64,000 nucleotides of DNA from Treponemataceae bacterium. GTDB taxonomy: Bacteria > Spirochaetota > Spirochaetia > Treponematales > Rectinemataceae. The stretch covers positions 606,826 to 670,825 of the forward strand of contig CAXXGJ010000038.1 of assembly GCA_963677895.2 (NCBI GenBank), written 5' to 3'. A program made the position numbers and the translations under genes. The notes under the pieces are model-generated. The model was given only the letters and a program-made list of their open reading frames with translations. It was not told the origin of the DNA and searched no databases. Shown piece after piece: positions 47,532-56,481 of this stretch (the first letter of the stretch is position 1; the number at the start of each line of letters is the position of its first letter).

Positions 47532-50398
47532 CCACGACATTCACGCTCAACGGCCGCGCTGCCAGCTACTCATGCGAACCCGGCGAAAGCCTGAAAACCG
47601 TATTGCGCCGGGCAGGCATCGTCTCGCTGCGAAACGGCTGCGACGGCGAAGGCTCCTGCGGCCTCTGCGCTCTCCTCCTCGACGGCAAGCTCGTCAATTC
47701 CTGCCTCGTCCTCGCCGCCGAGGCCGAGGGCCACGATATCGTCACTATCGACCACTACAATAAAGATCCCATCCTGCAGACAATCCAGCGCGCCCTCATC
47801 GATTGCGCTTGCGTCCAGTGCGGCTACTGCACGCCGGCCGTCGCCCTCTCCATACGCGAACTCCTCGCGCGATCGCCCGAGCCTTCCGACGCGGAAGTCG
47901 CCGACGCTCTTTCGGGCACCCTCTGCCGCTGCACCGGCTACAAGCAGTATTTCGAGGCCGTGCGCCTCTCCGCCCGCCGGCTTTCCGAACCCGGCTATAT
48001 GCCACCTGCCGGCCCCGAATTCCGGCCCGACCTCCGCCATGTGGGCAAGGACCGCGAGAAGGTCGACGCAGAAACCTTGAGCCGGGGCGAGCGCGCCTTT
48101 GTCGAGGACCGGGTCACGGGCGACGCCTGCGCCCTGAAAGTCCTCGGAAGCCCCTATGCCCATGCCTGGATCGCCTCCATCGACACGGCCGAAGCCGAAG
48201 CCATGCCCGGCGTCGTCGCCGTCCTCACGCACAAGAACACGCCCGAGCGGGTGTACACGACGGCGGGCCAGGGCTTCCCCGAACCCTCCCCCTACGATCA
48301 GCGCATGTTCCCGCGCAAGATGCGCCATGTCGGCGACAGGGTCGCCGCCGTTCTCGCCGAGAGTCCCGAAATCGCGGTGGCCGCCCTCGCCACCATAAAA
48401 GTGATCTATGAGGTCCTTCCGCCCGTCCTCTCGATAACCCAGGCCAAGGCCGAGGGAGCCCCCGTCATCCACTCGGGCGAAATCTCCTATGTCGCGGGTT
48501 CGCCCCCTGTCGGCACGGACACGAAGGGCGACGGCCGCGACGATCCTGTCGTCTACCAGTTCCCCCTGCATTCCGACCCGCACCGCAACCTCGCGGCCTC
48601 GGCCTCGGGCGGCATAGGCGACATAGAGGCGGGCTTCGCGGCAGCCGACATCGTCATCGAACGCGGCTACAAGACCAACAGGGTGCAGTGCACGCCCATG
48701 GAGCCCCATGTCGTCTTCGCGAAGATCGAGGCCGGACGACTCGTCCTCCACGCCTCGACCCAGGTGCCCTGGCACGTGCGGCGCATCGTCGCCCGGGCCG
48801 TCGGCATCTCAGAGAATAAGGTGCGCGTGATAAAGGAAAGGGTCGGCGGCGGTTTCGGCGCCAAGCAGGACATCGTCGTCGAGGACATCGCTGGCTATCT
48901 CACCTGGACGACGCGGCGGCCGGTATATTTCCGCTACACCAGGGAAGAGGAATTCATCGCGAGCCGGACCCGCCACGCCATGGAGATCAAGGTGAAGCTG
49001 GGCGCCAAGCGCGACGGCAAGCTCACCGCCATCCTCATGAATCTCGACGCCGACACCGGCCCCTACGGCCAGCACTGCCTCACCGTGCCGATGAACGCGA
49101 TCTCGAAGAGCCTACCCCTCCTCCTCTGCGACAACGCGCGCTTCGAGGTGAAATCTTACTACACGAACCTCTCGCCGGCGGGAGCCTACCAGGGCTATGG
49201 CGCCCCGAAGGGTTCCTTCGCTCTGCAGACGGCCTTCGCCGAGATGGCCGAAGCCCTCGGCATGGACCAGCTCGATTTCCTCGAGAAGAACCGCGTGCGC
49301 TCAGGTTCCCGCATCGACATCCTCAAAAGCCTCGGCGAGGGGCGCGAAGGCGCCGCCGTCATGCTGGGAAAATGCGGCCTGGGCGACATGATGGCGCGCG
49401 GCCGCCAAGCCTTCGGCTGGGATTTTCCCAAGCCGCTCGCCCCGGGATCCGACTGGAAGATCGGCCGCGGGGCCGTCATCATTCAACAGGGATCGGGCCT
49501 TCCCGGCCTCGACGCGGCCAACGCCGAAGTGCGCCTTCTCTCCGACGGCACCCTCCTTATGCTCTCGGGCGGGGCCGACCTCGGCACAGGCCTCGATACC
49601 GTCACCGCCAAGGCCGCCGCCGAGATACTCGGCCTCGACCTGACCGACGTTACGGTGGTCTCGGGCGACACCGACATCACTCCCTTCGACAAGGGCGCCT
49701 ACGCCTCCTCGGGCACCTATTTCTCCGGCAATGCCGCCCTCAAGGCCGCCGAGGATCTGAGACGGCGAGTGTTCGAAGCCGCCGCGCCCATCCTCGGCGA
49801 GGCCCCCGAAGACCTCCGCATCGAATACAAGGGCATGGTGGTCGGCAAAAAGGGCAAAATCAGCCTTGCAGCCCTCGGCCACCGCTCCGTCCAGGGTGAA
49901 GGCCACGGCGAGCTTTCGGGCTTCGGAAGCTTCAAGACCGATCACTCGGCCTTCCCCTACGGCGCTCATTTCGTCCAGGTCGCTGTAAACGAACGCACGG
50001 GCGAGGTGAAGGTCCAGCGCTACCATGCCTATCAGGACTGCGGCACCCCCATCAACCCGGCCCTCGCGACCGGGCAGGTGTACGGGGCCATCCTCAAGGC
50101 CATAGGCCATTCGCTCTACGAGGAAATGCTCTACGACGGCGAAGGCCGCTGCCTCAATCCTCGTTTCCTCGACTACAAGATCCCGACCATCGCCGAGGTG
50201 CCCGCCGACTTCCATGTCGAACTCATGCCTGTGGAGGACGAGATCGGCCCCTTCGGCGCCAAGAGCGTCTCCGAGATATCGGTGAACGGCGCGGCCCCGG
50301 CGATATCGATCGCCATCCACGACGCCGTCGGCGCCTGGGTGAGGGAATGGCCCTTCTCGCCGGAGCGGGTGCTACGGGCTTTGGGAAAGTTGGAATAA
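47528..50398 (+). CDS. xdhD: Fused Fe-S/molybdopterin oxidoreductase (XdhD/YgfN type)
   Basis: GC.GEG.CG.C, QCGYC.P, CRCTGY, AGQ..PEPSP.D, GGGFGAKQ, GAYQGYGAPKG, KS.SEI. Confidence 0.88.
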   Translation: MTTTFTLNGRAASYSCEPGESLKTVLRRAGIVSLRNGCDGEGSCGLCALLLDGKLVNSCLVLAAEAEGHDIVTIDHYNKDPILQTIQRALIDCACVQCGYCTPAVALSIRELLARSPEPSDAEVADALSGTLCRCTGYKQYFEAVRLSARRLSEPGYMPPAGPEFRPDLRHVGKDREKVDAETLSRGERAFVEDRVTGDACALKVLGSPYAHAWIASIDTAEAEAMPGVVAVLTHKNTPERVYTTAGQGFPEPSPYDQRMFPRKMRHVGDRVAAVLAESPEIAVAALATIKVIYEVLPPVLSITQAKAEGAPVIHSGEISYVAGSPPVGTDTKGDGRDDPVVYQFPLHSDPHRNLAASASGGIGDIEAGFAAADIVIERGYKTNRVQCTPMEPHVVFAKIEAGRLVLHASTQVPWHVRRIVARAVGISENKVRVIKERVGGGFGAKQDIVVEDIAGYLTWTTRRPVYFRYTREEEFIASRTRHAMEIKVKLGAKRDGKLTAILMNLDADTGPYGQHCLTVPMNAISKSLPLLLCDNARFEVKSYYTNLSPAGAYQGYGAPKGSFALQTAFAEMAEALGMDQLDFLEKNRVRSGSRIDILKSLGEGREGAAVMLGKCGLGDMMARGRQAFGWDFPKPLAPGSDWKIGRGAVIIQQGSGLPGLDAANAEVRLLSDGTLLMLSGGADLGTGLDTVTAKAAAEILGLDLTDVTVVSGDTDITPFDKGAYASSGTYFSGNAALKAAEDLRRRVFEAAAPILGEAPEDLRIEYKGMVVGKKGKISLAALGHRSVQGEGHGELSGFGSFKTDHSAFPYGAHFVQVAVNERTGEVKVQRYHAYQDCGTPINPALATGQVYGAILKAIGHSLYEEMLYDGEGRCLNPRFLDYKIPTIAEVPADFHVELMPVEDEIGPFGAKSVSEISVNGAAPAISIAIHDAVGAWVREWPFSPERVLRALGKLE

Positions 50399-50412
50399 AT
50401 ACTATTATGAAC

Positions 50413-50450
50413 TTGACATCATATGAACTATAGTGCATATTATTCATATG
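50413..50450 (+). promoter_or_regulatory. TA promoter with inverted-repeat operator
   Basis: TTGACA (50413-50418); CATATGAA-N15-TTCATATG (50420-50450) ending on the toxin ATG. Confidence 0.65.
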
Positions 50451-50786
50451 TGGCACATTGAGGCCACCGAGGAATATCTCGAATGGTTCCGTGAGCAGGA
50501 GCCAGACGTCCAGGATGCAGTGCTCTCAAAGGTCCTTCTCCTTGAAACTTTCGGTCCGCAGTTGGGGCGACCTCATGCTGACACTTTAAAAGGAAGCAGG
50601 GTTAAGAACCTCAAGGAGCTTCGAGCGAGGACGCGTGTTCATGTTCTTCGCGTTCTGTACTACTTCGATGAAAACCGTCAGGCCTTGCTCCTCATCGGGG
50701 GCGACAAGAAGGGTAAGAACGAAAGGGACTTCTATAAGAGTTTGATCCAGGCCGCCGAAACGCTCATCGAGCGATATAGGCAATGA
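50448..50786 (+). CDS. Type II toxin, RelE/ParE superfamily (Gp49/HigB-like)
   Basis: W...WF, GPQLGRPHADTLKGS...NLKELR, LLL.GGDK. Confidence 0.88.
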   Translation: MWHIEATEEYLEWFREQEPDVQDAVLSKVLLLETFGPQLGRPHADTLKGSRVKNLKELRARTRVHVLRVLYYFDENRQALLLIGGDKKGKNERDFYKSLIQAAETLIERYRQ

Positions 50787-50798
50787 AAGGGGACTGAT

Positions 50799-51113
50799 AT
50801 GGCAATCGTGAAGAACGCGATCAAAGCGATGGAAGGAATGATGACCGAGGAACAGATTCGTCATGCTCATACCATTACCGAGCGTGAAATACTAGCGATC
50901 AGGCTCGCCGAACTCAGGGAGCGCCGCGGTATCAAACAAACTGATTTCTCAACATTCAGCCAGACCGCTGTGTCCAAGTTTGAGAAACGGAAGGATATGA
51001 AAGTATCTACTCTTGTGGAATACCTTGATGAAATTGGCTTTGGATTGGAGCTCCGGGTTTATCCAAAGGGCTCAATTGGGACGACTCAAGGCGAAATCTT
51101 GCTTAAGGTATGA
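50799..51113 (+). CDS. XRE-HTH antitoxin (HigA-like)
   Basis: LAELRE..G..Q, Q..VSK.E.R.D..VSTL..Y. Confidence 0.85.
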   Translation: MAIVKNAIKAMEGMMTEEQIRHAHTITEREILAIRLAELRERRGIKQTDFSTFSQTAVSKFEKRKDMKVSTLVEYLDEIGFGLELRVYPKGSIGTTQGEILLKV

Positions 51114-51162
51114 GGCTTGCTTTGCAGCCCTTGCTCTGGGAAAATGAAGATTCGGAGGAATT

Positions 51163-52377
51163 ATGGACAAGCATGGAATCGCGGCGCTGATCGCCGAACT
51201 CACAACGAAAAAAATAGCCATGAAGGGCAAGGACTTTTTTCTCACCTGGGAAAAGTCCAGGGATGAACTGGACGCCACCTTCCTCGTCGCCGACATTCTG
51301 CGGGGGATGAGGGACAACAACATCAGCCCCAGAATTTGGGATTCAGGCATCGCCGTCTCCAACTTCCGCGACAACTCGACGCGCACCCGCTTCTCCTACG
51401 CGTCGGCCTGCGACCTCCTCGGCCTTTATATCCAGGACCTGGACGAGGGCAAGAGCCAGATCGCCCACGGCGAGACGGTGCGCGAGACGGCCAACATGAT
51501 CAGCTTCCTCACCGAGGCGATCGGCATACGCGACGACATGTACCTCGGCGAAGGCGACAAGTATCAGCGCGAGGTGGCGAAAGCCCTCGACGAAGGCGTC
51601 GCCGCTGGCGTCCTCCCCTCCAGGCCCACCGTCGTCAATCTCCAGTCCGACATCGACCATCCCACGCAGTCCATGGCCGATTTCCTCCATCTGGCCCACT
51701 GTTTCGGCGGAATCGAGGCGCTCAAGGGCAAGAAGATCGCCATGTCCTGGGCCTATTCGCCCTCCTACGGCAAGCCCCTTTCGGTGCCCCAGGGCATCAT
51801 CGGCCTCGCGAGCCGCTTCGGCATGGAAATCGCCCTCGCCTATCCCGAGGGCTACGATCTCATCCCCGAGGTTGTCCAGCTCTCGAGAGACCAGGCCGAG
51901 GCTTCGGGCGGCCTCCTCACCGTCGGGCACTCGATGGACGCGGCCTTCGCCGGCGCCGACATCGTCTACCCGAAGAGTTGGGCTCCCTTCGACGTGATGC
52001 AGAAGCGCGTTCCCCTCCTCCACTCGGGCGATCAGGCGGGCCTGAAGGAACTCGAGAAGAGCTGCCTCGCGAACAACGCGAAGTTCAAGGATTGGGAGTG
52101 CACGGAAGAGAAGATGAAGCTGACCAGGCACGGCGACGCCGCGGGGCCGCAGGCGCTCTACATGCACTGCCTGCCCGCCGACATCACCGACGTATCCTGC
52201 AAGGCGGGCGAGGTGGCCGCTTCCGTCTTCGACCGCTACCGCGACGATACGTACAGGGAAGCCAGCTACAAGCCCTACATCATTGCCGCGATGATCGTCC
52301 TCGGCAAATTCAAGGACCCGGCCGCGCTGCTCAAGGCGGCCATGGAACGCGGCGCTTCGCGCGCTCTGGGGCTCTGA
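51163..52377 (+). CDS. ygeW: Knotted carbamoyltransferase YgeW
   Basis: DF.LTW, FRDNSTRTRFS, SQIAHGET, GIRDD, D.DHPTQ, WAYSPSYGKPLSVPQG, HCLPAD. Confidence 0.95.
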   Translation: MDKHGIAALIAELTTKKIAMKGKDFFLTWEKSRDELDATFLVADILRGMRDNNISPRIWDSGIAVSNFRDNSTRTRFSYASACDLLGLYIQDLDEGKSQIAHGETVRETANMISFLTEAIGIRDDMYLGEGDKYQREVAKALDEGVAAGVLPSRPTVVNLQSDIDHPTQSMADFLHLAHCFGGIEALKGKKIAMSWAYSPSYGKPLSVPQGIIGLASRFGMEIALAYPEGYDLIPEVVQLSRDQAEASGGLLTVGHSMDAAFAGADIVYPKSWAPFDVMQKRVPLLHSGDQAGLKELEKSCLANNAKFKDWECTEEKMKLTRHGDAAGPQALYMHCLPADITDVSCKAGEVAASVFDRYRDDTYREASYKPYIIAAMIVLGKFKDPAALLKAAMERGASRALGL

Positions 52378-52407
52378 AGGCTTCCGGGCAGGCTTTCGAG
52401 GAATATC

Positions 52408-53877
52408 ATGCGCCATTCGCCATGCCGCCGTCCCGGCTTTTCCCCGACGGCCCTGATCGCCGTCATCCTCGCCGCCTGCCTGCTCCTGCCGGCCTGTTCC
52501 CTGCTTCCCTCGAAAAAATCCGTTCAGATCGCCGCCGTCGCGCGGCCTCCGGAGCTCGTCGCGCGGCCGCCAGAGCCCGCGACGAAACCCACGCCGCTCG
52601 CGCCGTCCGCGTGGCCTGACCTTTCCCTCTACCGGAACGGCCAGATCGATCCCCGAGTTCGCGCCCTGAGCGAGAAGATCCAGGCGGCGGCCTTCAGGAA
52701 CCCGGTGACAGGCCTCAAGGATCTCACCGCGGCCCTCGTCGGCCAGGAAAAAGATCCCTTCATGAAGATCAAACTCATCCACGACTGGATCTGCGTCAAC
52801 ATTTCCTACGATGTGGCCATGCTGAGGAACCAGTTCGCCGCTGACCAGGATATCGAGCATGTGATGAATTCCAGGAAGGCGGTATGCAGCGGCTATTCGC
52901 GGGTTTTCCAGGCCATGGCCGAACAGGCCAGCTTTTCCTGCGTCACCGTCAGCGGCTTCACGAAAAACCAAGTAGGCCCCCGCGGCCTCACGGCGGGCAA
53001 CTCGCACGCTTGGAATATTGTACAGATCAACGGCGGCCGGTATATCGTCGACACCACTTTCGACTCGGGACACGTGAAGGACTGGCTCTTCATCAAACGT
53101 TATTCGACCGATAACCTCTTCGTCGATCCCCAGGTCAGTCTCTATATGCGCTACCCGAAACAGGAAGAGCAGCAGCTCGTCACCCGCCCCATCTCCCCGG
53201 AAGAATTCCTGAATTCCCCCGATGTCGAGAACGCCTTCTTTTCCTATGGCCTAAAATTGCCCGGCTCCGGACTATCCTGGAAAATGGCCTCGGCGGGCGA
53301 ATTTTCCTTCGATATCGGGCTGACAAAGCACGGAATCGTCATCGACGCCGTCCTCAGCGGCCCCAATGGCGCCGAAATCGAACAGGGGACGATGATCCAG
53401 AAACTCTCGCCCGATTCGCGGAGGATACAAGTCATCCTCCCCTCGGCAGGTCTCTACACGCTGGAAGTATTCGCCAAGGATATCGGGGAAAAACGTCCTG
53501 ATTCCCCGATACCCTCATCGAAATCCGAGGGTCCTCTTCAGAAGGTGCTTACCTTCCAGCTGGAGAACGCGGCGGCTTCCAAGCAGAGTCGCTTCCCGCT
53601 TTTCTACGCGCAGTACCAGAACGCCCCCGGCGATTCCCTCGTCGAACCCCTCTCGGGCGATCTCCGGCATGGAAAAAAGGTGCGCTTCGGCTATCTCTCG
53701 CCCGCGGCGGCCAAGGCGGCGCTTCTGGCCAACGGCGCCCTCTATCCCATGGAAAAAGGTAGCGACGGAGTCTTCCGCCTCGAGATGGAGATTCCCACGG
53801 CGGATACCATAAAACTCGCCGTCACCGAAAACGGAAAGGACTATTGGGTGGCTGTCGCCTGGCGGATCGTCAAGTGA
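52408..53877 (+). CDS. Transglutaminase-like domain lipoprotein
   Basis: Lipobox LLPAC; catalytic triad motifs VCSGY, HAWN, VD.T. Confidence 0.75.
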   Translation: MRHSPCRRPGFSPTALIAVILAACLLLPACSLLPSKKSVQIAAVARPPELVARPPEPATKPTPLAPSAWPDLSLYRNGQIDPRVRALSEKIQAAAFRNPVTGLKDLTAALVGQEKDPFMKIKLIHDWICVNISYDVAMLRNQFAADQDIEHVMNSRKAVCSGYSRVFQAMAEQASFSCVTVSGFTKNQVGPRGLTAGNSHAWNIVQINGGRYIVDTTFDSGHVKDWLFIKRYSTDNLFVDPQVSLYMRYPKQEEQQLVTRPISPEEFLNSPDVENAFFSYGLKLPGSGLSWKMASAGEFSFDIGLTKHGIVIDAVLSGPNGAEIEQGTMIQKLSPDSRRIQVILPSAGLYTLEVFAKDIGEKRPDSPIPSSKSEGPLQKVLTFQLENAAASKQSRFPLFYAQYQNAPGDSLVEPLSGDLRHGKKVRFGYLSPAAAKAALLANGALYPMEKGSDGVFRLEMEIPTADTIKLAVTENGKDYWVAVAWRIVK

Positions 53878-53939
53878 TGAGATGCGAGAAGATGTGAGGG
53901 AAATACATTTCGCTTGCTTAAAAACGGCGCCAGGGCGCT

Positions 53940-54737
53940 TCAGGTCGCCGCCGCGTCCGGGGCTTTCTGGTAGCGCAGTTCCATGTCGTTCTGGTCGCCC
54001 GATACCATGAGCGAATAGACGCAGCGGTCGCCCAGGACCAGATAGTGGGAATAATGCACGGGAAGATCCAGCGGGTCGTAGATGACTTTAGTAATGGAAA
54101 AAAGCGGATCGCCCGGAACGCATTTCAGGAATTCGGCGTGTTCGGGGCCGGCGCGGATGACGCCCAGCGTCTTGTACGCCTTCGCGAAGACGATGCCGTA
54201 TTTCTTCTGCATGATGCCGAAGGTGGAGATGTTGTCCACGAGCAGATCGCCCAAGCCCGGATACATCGATTCGATGAAATAGGCGTCGTCGATCATATAG
54301 GGAATCTGGGAGTCCGACATCAGGCGGCGCAGGTGGATGACCTTGGTACCGGGCTCGATTCCGAGCTTGTCGGCGACTTCGATCTCGGCGCCCTCCACTT
54401 CTTTCGAGAGCACCCGGCTGTATTTGTTCTTGACGCCGTCGTTGGAGGACTCGCTGAAGCCCCCGAAGGAGCGCAGCTGGCGTTTCACGTGGCGGTAACT
54501 GACGAAGGTTCCCCTGCCCTGCTGGGATGAAAGGTAGCCTTCCTCGACAAGTTCCGACAGGGCGCGGCGCACCGTTATCCTGCTGATGCCGTAGGTTTCC
54601 ACCAGGCTCAGCTCCCCCGGAAGACGCTCGCCGAAGGCATAGGATCCATCCAGTATTTTCCCTATAAGCGTCTGCTTGAGCTGTTCATACAGAGGCCGGG
54701 CGCTGGTCTGCGTCAACATTTCCAGATCAATCTCCAA
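53940..54737 (-). CDS. frlR: GntR/HutC (UTRA) regulator, FrlR-like
   Basis: PLY.Q, LP.E..L, SRITVRRA, GRGTFV; last gene of the frl operon. Confidence 0.75.
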   Translation of the reverse strand: MEIDLEMLTQTSARPLYEQLKQTLIGKILDGSYAFGERLPGELSLVETYGISRITVRRALSELVEEGYLSSQQGRGTFVSYRHVKRQLRSFGGFSESSNDGVKNKYSRVLSKEVEGAEIEVADKLGIEPGTKVIHLRRLMSDSQIPYMIDDAYFIESMYPGLGDLLVDNISTFGIMQKKYGIVFAKAYKTLGVIRAGPEHAEFLKCVPGDPLFSITKVIYDPLDLPVHYSHYLVLGDRCVYSLMVSGDQNDMELRYQKAPDAAAT

Positions 54738-55562
54738 TCAGCGTTCGAAATCGTGGGGATAACCGAATCCTCCGAAATATCCGCAGGTGATGGCGGCCCT
54801 CTCGGCCGCGAAATCGAGGGAGGCGGCCATGTCGCCGCTCTCGTAGAAACGCGTCAGGAAGCCGGCTATGAAACTGTCGCCCGCTCCCATGGTGTCCACC
54901 ACCTTCTCGGCGGCCTTCACGGGCTGGAAAAAACGCTGTCCGCGCCGCGAAAAGAGGGCGCCTTTCGATCCCAAGGTGATGCCCACCGTTTCGGTGCCGA
55001 AGGCGTGGCAACTTTCGATGATAGAGTCAAGCTTGGTTTCTGTCAACGCGGCGCCGGAAAAGAAAGCGAAACGCACATGGGGACATACTTCCGCCAGATA
55101 GTCTTCCTCGTTCCTGGTGGAAAAATCGTAGGAGACATCGGTCTTCGAGGCCAGCCTCGCGAGCTCGGGCTCGATTCCGGAATAGCAGGAAGTATGGCAG
55201 AGGTCGAAGGCGCCGATATACTCCAGGTCGGGAGGCGTAAGCCTGATCCGAAGGATATGCTGGGCCGTGTCCTTCGGTCCCCCGACGAAGACCCTGTCCC
55301 CATCGGGAGAAAGGTTGACGGCGGGATGTCCCGACGCGGCATACACCTTGCGGGAATGCCTCCATTCGACCCCTTCCAGGTCCAGGCAGCGCTTGATATG
55401 CTCGGCTTCCGGATCGTCCCCGAAGACGCCCATGTAGGCCACGGGATTAGCCCCGTTCCGGCGGCAGTTGACGGCCACGTTCACCGCGTTTCCGCCCGGA
55501 TAGTACATTTTCTGGTCGAGATAACAGTCGACGACATTGTCGCCCACGCCGATCATTTTCAT
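54738..55562 (-). CDS. frlD: Fructoselysine/fructosamine 6-kinase
   Basis: GDNVVD.Y, YPGGNA.N, DFS, VDT.GAGDSFIAGF. Confidence 0.85.
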   Translation of the reverse strand: MKMIGVGDNVVDCYLDQKMYYPGGNAVNVAVNCRRNGANPVAYMGVFGDDPEAEHIKRCLDLEGVEWRHSRKVYAASGHPAVNLSPDGDRVFVGGPKDTAQHILRIRLTPPDLEYIGAFDLCHTSCYSGIEPELARLASKTDVSYDFSTRNEEDYLAEVCPHVRFAFFSGAALTETKLDSIIESCHAFGTETVGITLGSKGALFSRRGQRFFQPVKAAEKVVDTMGAGDSFIAGFLTRFYESGDMAASLDFAAERAAITCGYFGGFGYPHDFER

Positions 55563-55623
55563 CGTTTTCTTTCCTTTCTCGCGGCTATCGCGGCGGGCGC
55601 CTGAGCGCCAGCCCAAATCCGGC

Positions 55624-56478
55624 TCAGCCCTTGACCGAACCCGCCATCATGCCGCGGATGAAGTATTTCTGCACCAGGATGAAAAACACCATGAGGGGCA
55701 GCGCCGAAATCGCCATGCCGGCGAGCAGGGGGCCCCAGTCTATCTGCAGCGCGTCCCTGAAACTCATGAGACCCGCGGGTATCGTTCTGTATTTGTTCGA
55801 ATCGATGAAGATGATGGCGAAGAGGAATTCGTTCCAGGCGTAGTAGGCCGTGAGGATCGCGCTCGTGAGGAGGATAGGCCTGGACATCGGAAGGAAAATC
55901 TTCGAGAAGGTCTGGACGCTCGTGCAGCCGTCCAGCGTTGCCGACTCCTCAATCTCCTTGGGTACGCTCAGGAAGAAAGTGCGTATGAGGAGGGTGTTGA
56001 GGGGAAGCCTGAAAGCCACATAGGGGATGATGAGGGCGAGATAGGTGTTCCTGATCTTCAGCGCCGTGAGGAGGCCATAGAGTGGAACGAGACAGACCTG
56101 CGGATTCAGCATCATGCCGCCCATGATGGCGATGAGGACATACTTGAGCCAGGGAGCCTTGTACCTGGCGAGGCCATAGGCGCAGAGCGAGGAGAGGGCG
56201 AGGACGCCCGCTATGGTGCTCAAGGTCACGATGAGACTGTTGACGAAATAGCCCGAAATGCCCCTGTTCCACGCGTTGGCGTAGTTCTGCCATTGGGGAA
56301 CCGTCGGAAGCGCCCAGATGTTGAGGGTGATATCCTCGGTGGTCTTGAGCGAGGACATGACGACCCAGAAAAGCGGGTATGCCACCATCACGAAGCCGAT
56401 GCAGAGAACGATGAGAAGGAGTATCTGCGCTGGTCCGATGGAATTCCTTCTGTATCGGAAAATTCCTGCGTTGGTCAT
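55624..56478 (-). CDS. Carbohydrate ABC permease
   Basis: EAA loop EESATLDG, WNEF. Confidence 0.9.
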   Translation of the reverse strand: MTNAGIFRYRRNSIGPAQILLLIVLCIGFVMVAYPLFWVVMSSLKTTEDITLNIWALPTVPQWQNYANAWNRGISGYFVNSLIVTLSTIAGVLALSSLCAYGLARYKAPWLKYVLIAIMGGMMLNPQVCLVPLYGLLTALKIRNTYLALIIPYVAFRLPLNTLLIRTFFLSVPKEIEESATLDGCTSVQTFSKIFLPMSRPILLTSAILTAYYAWNEFLFAIIFIDSNKYRTIPAGLMSFRDALQIDWGPLLAGMAISALPLMVFFILVQKYFIRGMMAGSVKG

Positions 56479-56481
56479 GGT

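Noticed and set aside
28213..52377. Selenocysteine read-through in the purine enzymes
   Set aside because: All ORFs appear full length without an internal TGA; no sel genes in the window
51343..53073. 576-aa antisense ORF
   Set aside because: Shadow of ygeW and the lipoprotein gene
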